The notes under the pieces: model-generated | Databases searched by the model: none | What the model saw: the letters and a program-made list of their open reading frames with translations, nothing else | What the model was told of the DNA's origin: nothing | Made by a program: the position numbers and the translations under genes | In this document: positions 16,640 to 29,041 of the stretch, piece after piece | Position numbering within the stretch: the stretch's first letter is position 1 | Layout of the letters: every line of letters begins with the position of its first letter | Source: Adineta vaga | Taxonomy: Eukaryota; Animalia; Rotifera | Direction of reading: 5' to 3' | Assembly: GCA_021613535.1 (NCBI GenBank) | Contig: CP075494.1 | Location: forward strand, 13,144,001 to 13,208,000 | DNA length: 64,000 bases

Positions 16640-17683
16640 TTACAATCGCATTGATTCACTCATTGTATTTGCTAAATCTTGACGATAATGACTATGTTCA
16701 TCAGTCGTTGATGTATCATGTAAACAACGATCAAAATTAGCATCATGAACTTGATTTATTGGTACCGAGGATTTATATCGATAAAATGAAAGATCTTCCA
16801 CTGTTGCGGGAACTGGCCCTACAATGAAATGCAATCGAAAATCAATAATGAACGATTTAACTAACCTTTACCAAGTGTTTTACAATATTCAGTTAAAAGA
16901 TTTAAAACTTTATCATGACGATATTCCAGAAATGTTCGAATATCATCTAAAGAGAAATCTTTTTCAGCTGCATAATAAATTGAAGTTAAAGCTGGTGCAA
17001 GAAATGGCCATTTAGCACGAAGATTAATTAATTCATCGTACATTCGATAGATTTCACCATCACCAAAAAAACTCTTTTCCCATTCGGTTTGATCTTGTAT
17101 TGTTGATATATTTGAATCGGTATCTCGTTCTTGATCATCAGAATGATGTCTATCATCAAACATATTTGATGCATATTTTGTTCGTAATTCAATAATTCGT
17201 TTAGCTGAAAGAAATTGTTCAGCAGCTAAGGATGTTTTCAAATCTAACGCATCATTATCAAATGTATTCAATGCATCAGCTAAACGTGATAATTTCATAT
17301 GAGCACGATCATCCATATATTGTAGAACATTTTGATTAGCTTCATTAATTCGTCGAATAATATCACGTTGCATTGCTTCAGCTTTAGCACGTGCATCGGC
17401 ACGTTGTCGTTCGATAAAAGAACGAACTTCATTTTGACTTTGTTGTCGATTAAGTTCCATCTAAATATCGAAAAATGAAACAATTGTTCGAAAGAGAAAA
17501 ACAATCTACTTGTTTAGCAATATCATTCATTTCTTGTAAAACATATCGTTTATGTACACGAACACACATATCACAATAAGCTTTCTGACAATGTTTACAT
17601 CGATGTCTAGCTGGTGATGTACAAGATGGTTCAACACAAGTTTGACCATCAAGTGATAAACGTTGAGTATGATAATCCGACAT
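16640..17683 (-). CDS. B-box-type zinc finger plus coiled-coil protein
   Basis: Exon 1 CVEPSC...CKHCQKAYCDMCVRVH followed by a coiled-coil exon; three ORFs joined by two short introns. Confidence 0.65.
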
Positions 17684-18006
17684 GAAATCTAAAAAAAACC
17701 CATAATCAGTCTTCTTTATCTATAGTCTAACATGGATCATACGTATATACTTTATGTTAATGTGTATATGTGTATATGTCAAGTGAATGCAATGAATGTG
17801 TTTTTTTTTCTTCGATTTTATTTATCGTCGATCGAGGCAGAGATGTATATAAATATAGATAGATATTCTATTGTAGACGATCTTAACCGTCGATAAGTAT
17901 GTCTGAAAAATTTTGCACTCTTCTGTTCTGTTCATGTTAAAATGGAAAATTCACTGATATATTTATTGAGAAGTTTTCTTTATTACAATATAAACATCGA
18001 TCTTTA

Positions 18007-18504
18007 TCAAAGAACTCGTGATGTTGGCAGGACAATTGTTGGTGATTGTATTGTTGATCTTGTGGTTGTTGTAGTCCCTGTCTTTCCATTCGTTGTTATT
18101 CCAAACCAGAATGCAAATAAAACCGATGCAAAAAAAGCAAATGCATGAGCAGTAACAACTAATTCATAACTATAACCAATGATTCCAACATGACGTAAAT
18201 AACTTGCAGTAGAGATTAAAAGAAAAAGTGTACTGATAACAAGTAAACATAATGGAAGAAATCGAAATTTTCGTGGCAATACACGAATCAGAAGAAGAAC
18301 TAATAAGACAAAACCGATAACAAGACAGAGAAGAGACAAAATGGTCAGTGCAGCTGTAGAAGGTGAACAAACATTGTTACAATTCCATAGACCAAAACCA
18401 TTTCTTAACCATTTTGGAGTTGTTAAACCAATTAACGTAAAAAGTGCAGCAATACCAGCAATAACAGTTGTTAGTGTTAAAATTGTTGATTCACTTATTT
18501 TCAT
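18007..18504 (-). CDS. Claudin/PMP22-like tetraspan membrane protein
   Basis: From MKISES: four hydrophobic helices, TPKW...GLWNC motif and GYSY before TM4. Confidence 0.75.
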   Translation of the reverse strand: MKISESTILTLTTVIAGIAALFTLIGLTTPKWLRNGFGLWNCNNVCSPSTAALTILSLLCLVIGFVLLVLLLIRVLPRKFRFLPLCLLVISTLFLLISTASYLRHVGIIGYSYELVVTAHAFAFFASVLFAFWFGITTNGKTGTTTTTRSTIQSPTIVLPTSRVL

Positions 18505-19134
18505 GTTACGTATGAGAATGAATGAATGAATGAATAAAACAAAACAGGATGTCAATACGAATAAAACGGATGTATTAATGTAAAGTTCAGTATTTATATA
18601 CAAAATACGTGTGTATAGATCAATAAAATGTGACAAAGACGAATGTTAGACGATGATAGAAAGAAAGAACAAGGATAAGATAGATTTACATAATCTCAAA
18701 CAATTTCTCCAAAAATATACTCCATGTTTTATCAATTGTATTAATCTTCTCAGTATCAAAAACCATGACAGTTTTCTTTAATCTTACAAGTATCTTCGTA
18801 GTACATCAAATGAGTGATATATCAAACATGTTAAATGTCGTTATAGAAACAATTTACTAATCGTTCTTTTAACAATGAAATTAATTATATATTTAAAATC
18901 GAAATCGAACAATTACATTCGTGACTTTTGTAGTAAAGATCATCCTACTTAATAAAATTCGTACGCCTTTCTTTCTCTCTTCTTCTCGATCATAGACATG
19001 AGTATTAAACGAAGAAATAACACCTACGATCGATTCAAACATAGTCAACAATCGAAATAAATCACACTATCATTATGATTTATTTTCACAAAAGTTTTAT
19101 TTCAATAACAACTAAACAAAAAACGATTATCATT

Positions 19135-19711
19135 CTATGAATTTTCCAATTCTTGAAAGCTAAATTGAAAAAAATAAAAAAATAGAAATATTTGTCAAAC
19201 TTCAAATCTAAAATACATACGAGCATTTTGGACATAGGAAGAAAACTGTTTGTCCTTCTACAATACGAGAAAACAAAAGAGATAATTATTATTAATTGCA
19301 AACCAGAAATAGATAGTAATTACCATCAGCTGAACGTAACTGTCGAGTAGTAAACGACATTTCATCATTTCCACAACGAGGACATTTTCGTTGAATCTAA
19401 ACAAGTATCGTCATACTAACTCTCATTCAAAATTCACTATAAATCCTACCAATGTTCCTTCAAATGCATCGCCCGAATCAGACTCTTTTCGTTCATCTCG
19501 AGTCGCTCTAAAATCAACATGAACTGTTGACTGTGCACCATGAAAAACTAGAAAATCGAAAATTGTTTACAAAACTTTTCTATTCATCATTCAGACCTGA
19601 TATATCTTGAATTTTCCGACATAATAAACATTGAATAATTGATGAACCATCTGGTAATGGTAATATCGTTCCACATGCTGGACAAAAATCTTGATCAAAT
19701 GTATTACTCAT
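19135..19711 (-). CDS. POLR1H: RNA polymerase I subunit RPA12 (5 small exons, missed by the ORF track)
   Basis: Spliced translation MSNTFDQDFCPACGTILPLP...CLLC...CPRCGNDEMSFTTRQLRSADEGQTVFFLCPKCSFQELENS*: two zinc ribbons and the RSADEG motif. Confidence 0.93.
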
Positions 19712-19878
19712 CTAATGAAATAAAATATTTCTTGTTTACAAATCGTAGTTTTTGAATATATAGATATATATATGATCATAAATTGGAATTCTAGTTAGTT
19801 TTTATTTTCAAGAATAAAAGAATACATCACACACGCGCGTGCACGCAAAAGAAGAGAGAAAAGAGAAAAAGATTTTCT

Positions 19879-20691
19879 TTATGGACGAAAGAATCGTTTT
19901 GCTGTTGGTCTGCCTGTTTTCTTTGCTCCACCTTGTTTGGAATCAGGATTACCTGTTAACATATTCGATAAACTTTGTAATGTACTTAAATTATTATTAT
20001 TTTCATTGTTATCACGACGACCTCCACCTCCACCTTGTGCTTGTAAATCAATAATTTTCATCATGGATAACATTTCTTTATCATATTTATCTTGTTCGTC
20101 CAAAGCTTTTTTCTTTTGTTCATTAGCTTTCGTTGCTTCATATTTTAAAACATTTAATAAGGCAGAACAATTTTTACACCATTTATCTAAAACATCTTCC
20201 ATACGATCAAATGCAACTGTATTTATATCACGTGCAATTGCATATTCAACATTTAATAATTTATTTAGTTGATCTAATTTTCCTCGAATAACTTGCGCAT
20301 AAATTCCATCGATAATTAAATCTTCCAATTCACGAACACTTTCAATTCGAAGTTGTTCTAATAGAAGTGTATAAGGTAAAATACGAGCATGAACAGCAAG
20401 TGATGCTAAAGTTAATAATTGTAATTTACGTCGTGCTAATGGTGATAAAGAGATGAAACGATCTCGATTGGATTCATAATCTGATAAAGTTCCATAAGCA
20501 AATAATTCTAATGTTGATAAAAGTTGAAGATGATCAGTTTTAAGTGCTTTAACAAGTGATTCAAGACGAAGAAATTCATCGAAACCAAATATATCCGGAT
20601 GTTCAAGTACACGATTTACTAAATCAACTGCAGCTGAACCACGAACGGATTTCGCTAATAAAAGAAACTGTTGAGCGGCCTGGGAGGACAT
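19879..20691 (-). CDS. COPS7: COP9 signalosome subunit 7 (intronless)
   Basis: QQFLLLAKSVRGSAAVDL, LELFAYGT, RELEDLIIDGIYA..IRGKLDQ, ARDI and WC.NC; PCI domain. True ATG is likely 20691. Confidence 0.92.
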   Translation of the reverse strand: MSSQAAQQFLLLAKSVRGSAAVDLVNRVLEHPDIFGFDEFLRLESLVKALKTDHLQLLSTLELFAYGTLSDYESNRDRFISLSPLARRKLQLLTLASLAVHARILPYTLLLEQLRIESVRELEDLIIDGIYAQVIRGKLDQLNKLLNVEYAIARDINTVAFDRMEDVLDKWCKNCSALLNVLKYEATKANEQKKKALDEQDKYDKEMLSMMKIIDLQAQGGGGGRRDNNENNNNLSTLQSLSNMLTGNPDSKQGGAKKTGRPTAKRFFRP

Positions 20692-20795
20692 CTGAAATTG
20701 ATATAGACGATTAGAACAGAATAGAAAAGAAAAGAAATAAAAACGAAACGATATTCTTGTGATAGATATACAACAGATCCCTCGATTGAAAACAA

Positions 20796-21101
20796 ATGAC
20801 TGAATTACAAAATACGGACAAAAATTCACTCAATACAGAAGATTATGATTCAACAATACGACAAGTACTTGTGAATGTTGAACAACTAATGGACATGCTG
20901 AGTAATGAACTTGATGAAAATAAATCATCGAAAATGATTGAATCTTTATCTTCATCGACAACGATAACCAATGTAACAATAACAGATGATACTGATCATC
21001 ATCATGTTATCGACCATCTTCGTCATCGTATTATTCAATTAGAACACGAACGAAATGTTCTTCTAACCTCCTATCAATTACTTATTAAACTTCTGAAATA
21101 A
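20796..21101 (+). CDS. Hypothetical 101-aa coiled-coil protein
   Basis: Single ORF with host-like codon usage and heptads (IDHLRHRIIQLEHERNVLL); AATAAA overlaps the stop. No family recognised. Confidence 0.5.
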   Translation: MTELQNTDKNSLNTEDYDSTIRQVLVNVEQLMDMLSNELDENKSSKMIESLSSSTTITNVTITDDTDHHHVIDHLRHRIIQLEHERNVLLTSYQLLIKLLK

Positions 21102-21213
21102 AACAAGAAAACAAATTTATATGTGTGTATATTAAACAACATTTCAATCGAATTTTTACGTCCCACGTTTCTTTTTCCCTTTTTTTTTTATAATATTTTA
21201 CAAATAAACAGAT

Positions 21214-22590
21214 TTAAGCATGACGAATTTTACAATTTCGAAGACCATGAAGATTCTTACGAAAACGATCAAAAACAAAATCATCGGTTGCCGTCTCAGC
21301 TAAAGGTTTTTCAGGTCCTGAAGTTGGTTTAGGATCTAAAACATAGAAAAGAATAAATAACACAATGTAACGCAAAAATTCGTTCATTTAAATTTTCAAA
21401 TTTGAATATACCTCTTAATAATGTAGGATGTTTTTCTTTATTTCCTACAACTGGTTGAGGTTTGATAGTCTCTTTGATTTGATTTTGTTTGAATTTCTTT
21501 GAATTCATAATATCCATTCCGTCAGTATTGACTAGAGAAAATTTAAATGTTTTCTAAATGACAAATCTTTAAATATTAACTTACAACGTTTGTGTTGTAC
21601 AAAACTAATTGATGCAGATTTCGATGGTGTTGATGGTACAACTGGTTCGCTTACTAACAAACTTATTGGCTTTGCTGATTGAGCAATCGCTGTGGTCAAT
21701 TTCTTTTCGGTACCTTTTTTATCGCGCATAGTTTGTATTAATTTTCGTTTTGCTTTATCTGTTTCTTCAATATTGCGAATCTTTTCCCTAGAAAAATAAA
21801 ACAAAACGATATCAATTACGTTTACAAACTTCTTTCATCAAGAGAATAAATACATACTCAACACCAATATCAACTTCTGGTATGCCACTTAACATTTGTT
21901 CAGAAAGCATCTCTTCGGATGCTTGTGTAGAATGATCGGTGATTAGATGTTTACTAACATGAAAGAGAGTATCTTCAGGTTTTTTTAATGTGGCAAAAAC
22001 AGCTGTTAATTCATTATTTGCTGCTGAATTAAATGTAGAAGATGGATCCGAAGATTTATGTTGTCTTTTAACTAATTGTTCTTCAATATAACGTTGCATT
22101 TCAGTATCTTCATCACGTGTATTTGTTTCTCGAGCGAAATTATCATTGATAGTACTCAAATCTTTCGTACGTTGTTGTTGTTTGAAACTATTCATTTCTA
22201 CAAGACCACCGCTTTTCATTTTGTATGGATCATTTGACTACCAAGGAAAACGATTTATAATAACTTTTTTAATCTTATAAGAATGATCAAAACATACATC
22301 ATTTTTTTTCAAGGAAAATAATGGATTTGATTGTTTACCAAGCGCAAGTTCTTCGGCCGATAAACCGTTCTTACGTTGTCGAAGTTTTTGAATTAATTTC
22401 AGATCTTCAATATTAGTCCTACAAAAGATAAAGTAAATAGTAAGAAGAAGAAAAAAGAGAATTCGATGTTTACATACACATTATCAGACTCTTTATTTGT
22501 AGTTGCTTCATTACTGTCATCATCATTTGGTCGACTATCATCTTCATCGTCACTATCTTGTCGACGACGAATATGTGCTCTTTTAGACAT
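21214..22590 (-). CDS. C9orf78: Splicing factor C9orf78/Tls1 (HCA59) homologue
   Basis: QKLRQRKNGLS, DPYKMKSGGLV, ETNTRDEDTEMQRYIEEQL, SEEMLSEQMLSGIPEVD, KIRNIEETD and ATDDFVFDRFRK; stop TAA at 21214. Confidence 0.92.
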
Positions 22591-23592
22591 AATTTACTGA
22601 AATATAGAATTTAACAGTAAAGAAACAAACAAAGTTGTAATTTTAAGATGAAAATGAAATGAAGAAAGATGTTTCCTTATATTAGTGTTTCTTGATATTG
22701 GATAATAGTTTCAACCAATGCGAAGCATGTAGAATGACGTATAAATGTTCATGTCACTAGTGTACGCTCGTTGTAATGATACCTTGAATAAATTTTTCTT
22801 ACTTTCTCCCTCACTTTTTTAAGAGTTCACAGATACCATTCACTCAATTTCTATATAGCTACACTGCTCATAACTAACGTAGCCGGAAGAGACACTAGAC
22901 GATATTGACATAAAAGGATCAGATAACATCTTACATTTCAATAGATCTCTTTATTTTTACATGTAGTAAAAAAAAGTCAATCAAAATGAAAGATTCTTCA
23001 ACATAACAATAGTTGACGTATGTCTATCAATCGCAATCTTGTTACAATTAAGCTACTATAACAAAAAACCAACATGTTCTCACATCATTTATATCATATG
23101 GCCTTCAATTTTTAATGATATAGTTTTCGTTTAAATCATTTCAATAATTCTATTCATTCTTTCTAATATATACGAAGTGTCAAGTCTTTATCGTTGTAGG
23201 TTCAATGAACTGAAAAATAACCATTGTTCCATCTATTTGTTATAGCGCTCGTTTTCTTTTTTTCTCATGCAAATTATACATGATCAATGACAATCGATAC
23301 GGTTTCTACATTCAGACAAATGAACTAAACACTTGTCGTCATCATCATCATGATAGATTCAATTCAATTCTTATCTTTTCCACTTCATACTGTCCATTTT
23401 TATATGATTGAAAGAAGAAGAAAAAAAGAACAACAAGACATTGACATCAAATAAGGTTCAATCAATACATAGAGAAAAACGAGGTCAATATTGTATACAC
23501 TTGAATGATTCTATTCAATCAGGTGATGTGATTCTATCGATAATTTTAGTTCGTTTTTTTTCTTGTGTTCTTTTGTTCACATGGCCTTCATA

Positions 23593-24820
23593 TCATAATA
23601 GTTGATTTGGATGGGAAAGAGCAGGCATTAAACATTGATTAAGTGATGTTAAATGAACATAATCTTTAATTTGTAAAGATGTTATATGTTGAAATTGACA
23701 AGGATTTGATATTGTAGATTTATTTACATGTTGAGGAAATTTCTTTCGATGAGGTAATATTGAACCACACGATGAACTTCGATTATTGCTTTTAGAGAAT
23801 AGATGTTTATATCGACTGTCATTCCGTATGGATATATAATAGGAGAAGAATTCTTTTGATGCCGATAGATTAGTAAATCGAAGTACAGCAAGTGTTATCT
23901 TATCTGATAAACGAAATGTAATATGTTGTTCACGAGCTTGCTTTACTTCACTATATCCATTGATAACATCTTGCCAAATAGGAAAACCGGAACCATATTC
24001 AGCAAGAATTAACGATAAACGTGATTCACGTTTTGGATTATTACCGGAATCAAGTAACCAAACAGGTGAACCATGTTGAAATAAAATCCAATCTTCTAAT
24101 TTAGCCAAACGTTCAGCTGTTGTTATATATAATTCACATAAACAACGACATGCATAAACATGTGTACCGATACTTCGATATGATGATTCAATTCGTAGAA
24201 CTTCATCCGAAGATAAAAGTGTAGAACGAGCATATTGATATTGATATTCAACATCATCATCATCATCATCAAGTTTCTTATATGATAATACTTTACGAGA
24301 CGCTAAAATTAAATTTAACAAGTTGATATTAATCCTTATTCTTAAACTTACAAGTTAATGTTATCGGTTTCGATTTGTGTTCTTCTTCTTTTTCGAGGAT
24401 TAATCGATCACAACTTTTCGCTCGTTGTTCTGGTCTTTTTTCCGATGTTTTCTGAAGAAGATCCGTAAAACGTTTTTCAATGGTTTCAAGTTCTTCGCAA
24501 CTAAGCCAATTCTCTTCTTTACAATGATAATCTGTTTGTTGATTGTTACTTGATGGTGAAACAGGTGTTTGATAGATTCGATTCGTTTGATAAGATGGTT
24601 GATGAAGTTTCAATGATTGCATGGAACGATAATCTGAATTGGTTAATTTCGATACATGAAGTGATGATGTAGCAGAACGAAGTGTAGTAAATGTTGAAGA
24701 TGATTGCGATGATAATGGAGAATAATTATTCGAATGAATATAATAATTTGTAGATGATGCGGAGGAAGCAGAGGACGATGATGAAGCTGCTGAATAACGA
24801 TTTGATGCTTTTGTTGGCAT
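23593..24820 (-). CDS. WH1/EVH1-like plus CRIB protein (similar to Drosophila MESR3)
   Basis: Ser-rich exon 1, intron 24351-24303, then PVWLLDSG...LILAEYGSGFPIWQD and a CRIB-like ISNPCQFQHITSL. Confidence 0.65.
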
Positions 24821-26025
24821 TCTTTGAATAGAGAGGAAAACAATCAGAGTGTAGCGTTTGTTTGACCTAGTGGAGAGAGAGAGAGAGACAGATTGACAGT
24901 GTTCAGCCTGATGAGATACTTTAATAGAAGCTAGAAAAGATCTTGTATAATCATTGATTGATCGACAACATATGAGAATATGTTTATTGTTGCACTTGCT
25001 CTTCTTCTTCTTCTTCTCTTTCTCCCTTAATTGTTATTTGAAAAGATGACCAAGGCGTATGTATGTCAATATACTATACAATTGCAAAGTGTTCGATTGT
25101 AGTGACAAGAAGAGAAGAATAAAAATGAAGGAAAGAAAAGAAAAAAAAGAGTATCCTGTATTTGTCACAGGAAATTCTTTCGTTGAACAAGAAAAAAAGA
25201 AAAAAGACGATGTAGACAATTATATTTTTACTATTCTATACTATTGTTATCATTTGAGGATATAGGTGAAATGTATAATCAATCGAAAATAGCGTGAGCA
25301 AACATATCGACTAGGTCACTTTCAATTATCAAGATGCAATGTTACACTCGAGATGATATCCAACAAGTGTATATACACGCACAATTTCACTTAATCACGT
25401 CAAGTTGAAAAAATAAATATACACTCGTTAACAAAACCCATCGACTTGAACACGCGTACGAAAAGCAAGAACCTTCATCGATACTTTTCTTATCAACAAT
25501 TAGTTTCCTAAACTATGACATCATCATCATCATTCAACTAATAATCTATCCAAACATGCTTGCTTCTTTTATGCAATATTGAGCTGATCATTAGTAGCCC
25601 TTGTTTCTATTATCTGGTGTCTCTGTCTGGACATCCTCCACTTTGATTATATTATATCTTGATTACGTCGACATATACTGACTTAGTAATCCATTGATCG
25701 TTGTATCCTTTCTGTCTTTCTCCATATATATATATATTTTAAATTTATCTTCCTACCTGTCTGCTCTCTGGTTATGTCGAGTGTGTCATTGTCATGCAGT
25801 CATAAAGAATAGAATTTGTCTAACCTTTTCGTCTTACATGATCTTATCCTTTACTAGATTATTATCAAACGTTTCATTTTCATTCATGATCTATTACGTA
25901 GAAATTCATTTCTTTATAATTAAAAAAGAAAGATAATGACTTTATTGTAACAAAAATCAAATTACACAATTTAAACAAAAGATGCTAAAGCAAATGTGAT
26001 ACATTAAATAAATTCATGTACAGTA

Positions 26026-26706
26026 TTACACAGCGAATTCATCATTCTCATCTTCTGTAGCATCGTCATTGATTGGTTTCGGTCGTTGCATTTGTGTAGA
26101 TCGAGTAGCAAATGATGGACGTCGACGACGAGTATATTGTGGATAACTAAATAGAAAAAGAATATGAAAAGCAGCAAAAACGAATAACGAATGCTTACTT
26201 GTTATTCGAATGTTCACGATTTAATGGACGAGAACGTCGTCGATCATAAATATTCTCTGTAGGAGATACTTTTTGACGACGAACGATTGGGGGTGGAATT
26301 AATTCACTATCATCTCGAACTGTCAATACTAGAAATGAGACATATCAATCGTACGAAATTACAAGATACAAAAACAACTTACCAGTTTGCGTTCCAGTTG
26401 AAGATCGCTTTGCATCTAAATAAGATCGATTATGAATATATTACAAGGTCATAAAAGACTACTTACCACTTCCACATAATAATTTTTGCCAAAAACCATT
26501 TTTTGTTTTTTCAGTTTTCTGTCTGGTTGTTTGAATAGTAAAATTACTGTTGAAATATGCCTAAGCAAAGCGAACGTTATTAGCTTCACTGAATTTGAAC
26601 AAAATTCACTTACTTGGTTGATGTAAAGTTTATCGAAGTAGATCCCTGCGTCAGCAAGAGATCGTCGAATTGTTGTCATATCATCGATGGGAATATTTCG
26701 AGTCAT
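26026..26706 (-). CDS. Hypothetical small multi-exon, Arg/Pro-rich protein
   Basis: Exon-like segments (MTRNIPIDD...YINQ; LDAKRSSTGTQT; VLTVRDSELIPPP...; YPQYTRRRRPSF...EFAV*) bounded by GT/AG sites; the model is uncertain. Confidence 0.4.
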
Positions 26707-26944
26707 ATCTGGTATGATCATTATGGACGAAAGAGACGATATTTTATAGAGTGTTCGATGAGTGATCAATTAGTGTAGGTTTGATTGATTATGTGATGGT
26801 TAATGAAAGAATGTCAATTAGACGTATCATTGATTTTCGCTCAATTGATGATCAGTATTGGAAAATTTATTTCAATCTTATTTTAAAAGAAGAGAAGAAC
26901 AGTTTGTTATAAGGATATTTTTATTTGTAATTCAGAATAATAGA

Positions 26945-28403
26945 TTATTGAAGAAAATACGAAAGAATTATGAAGAAGAATAAGACGAAATGAATATGTT
27001 TTGTTGTTGCACTACTAACTACCAATGTATTTGCACGAGTTTGTCGTATGTTTGAACTCTTGACATATTCAATGCGATATAAACGACCATTTCCATCTTC
27101 ACTTAATAATAAACTTCCATCTTTCATTTCTAGTAAACCAACAGGTCGACCAAATGTTGTTGGACCTTGAGGATCGATGAGAAATCCTTTTAAAAATTCT
27201 TCATAATAACCAAGTGGACGATTATCATCACCGAATGGAACAAAAGCTATTTTGTAACCAGTACCGGCATGTCGATTCCATGAACCATGAAAAGCAACAA
27301 AAGCACCGTTCTGATAATGACTTGGAAATTGATTGCCACGATAGAATTGCATATCAAGTGCAGCTGAATGTGCTTGAAAGAGAACATCTGGTGTTCGTGT
27401 ACGTTCAACTAAATCTGGACGTTCACTTGTACCATTAGGAAAACATCGTCGTGGATCAACATTCTTGGGTGAAAGATAAGCTAGAAATAAAGGATGACAA
27501 TGCAGATGAAACATAAACGAAATTGTATTGTTTACCGAATGGCCATCCAAAGAAATCATCTTTTTCAATTCGTGTAAAATAATCAGGCACAAGATCATCA
27601 CCAATTTCATCACGTTCTTGTACGGCAACATACAAATCACCGGTTTTAGGATGAAAATCAATGCCAACTGCATTTCGTAAGCCCCATGCAAATGTTGCAT
27701 TATGTGAACCATCTAAGTCAACTACTTGTACTGATGCTCGAGATGGATATTCAATATCAACATTACTACCAGAGCCAACTGTGAGAAATAATCGGTCTCC
27801 ACTTGGTGAAACAATTAAACTACGTGTCCAATGATAAGTACTTCCATAAGTGAGAAGAACTTGTCCAGTACCTTTCAATCGTTTATCACCCGTTTTGTAA
27901 GGATAACGACGAAGTTCACCCGCATTCGCGACATAAAACCAATCCTTCAAAGAAAAAAGGAGAAGCAAATTTTCAAGAGGAAAAACTATCACGAATATCT
28001 AACAGACCTTCACAAATGCCATACCAAAAGCTTGTGAAATACTATTGGAAGCATCAGCAAAGACTGATGTACTATCATCCGTTAGAATTGAGATACGACC
28101 ACCACGCATTTCTGTAACAAGAATTTCACCTGTTGGCGTATATATCATTTGTCTTGGGGTATTTAAACCATCGCGGAAGATAGTGACACGAAAATTTGTA
28201 TCCGGTACTAACAATGTTGCATTACTTGGTACGGCAACAACAATAGCTGGTTTTGTGGCTGATGATGTTTGATATGGTGGTGGAAGATCATCTAACTTAA
28301 TAAGAATGGGTTCAGGTTTGAATGGTTGTACTGGAACTACTGGTGCATCTTTGGTAGATACAAAACACACTGGAATAATCAAAAGAAGAAAATACACGAA
28401 CAT
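26945..28403 (-). CDS. PQQ-dependent sugar / L-sorbosone dehydrogenase family beta-propeller, about 446 aa, with signal peptide and C-terminal hydrophobic tail
   Basis: HWTRS, TVGSGSNV, FAWGLRNAVGI, QERDEIGDDLVPDY, FFGWPFAY, AHSAALDM, AFVAFHGSWNR, GRPVGL and DGSLLLSED. Introns at 28007-27945 and 27535-27481. Confidence 0.9.
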
Positions 28404-29041
28404 ATTTGATTTTGATTTTTTAAATGAATGAAAGAATGTATAGGCTTATTTTTATTGGTCTTATATACTTTCATATATCTAATCGTATTGTAAATGTATT
28501 TAATTCCGCAACTAATATTTGTTGGCATCAGTAGTATAATTTGAAAAAAGAGATCCAGGATTTTGCCGATCATGATGATGAATGAAAATCAAAAGTGAGT
28601 GTTAACTAAATCTGAAAGTAAATCGACAAACAGATCGGTCATCAGGTTTCATTCCAAAGTAGTCGGCAAACAAGTGGCGACCTCTGTCTAATTATCATGT
28701 TCATTTTTCATAGAAGTGTTGCGAAAAGTTGATTATTAATCTTATTGAGTTCGATTGGAATCCTATCTCTTTGAAAATGATCACAAATTTGTCTATCTTT
28801 TGTTCTGAAAGACTTCATAGTAGTGGTACATAATCATATTGTCCAAGATGGTTGTCGACTCTCTTAAGGGTAAAACCAGAAAAATCAACAATAATAACAA
28901 AAAACAACTGAGAAGTTTTTCCATTCGTCTGTTTCATCGAACACCAAACGAAACTAAATTGTATTTCATTGAAATTTTTTCTCGTATTTTTTTTTTCAGA
29001 TTTACGTAGCTTATCAGAACCAAATTCCTAGATAATTATCA

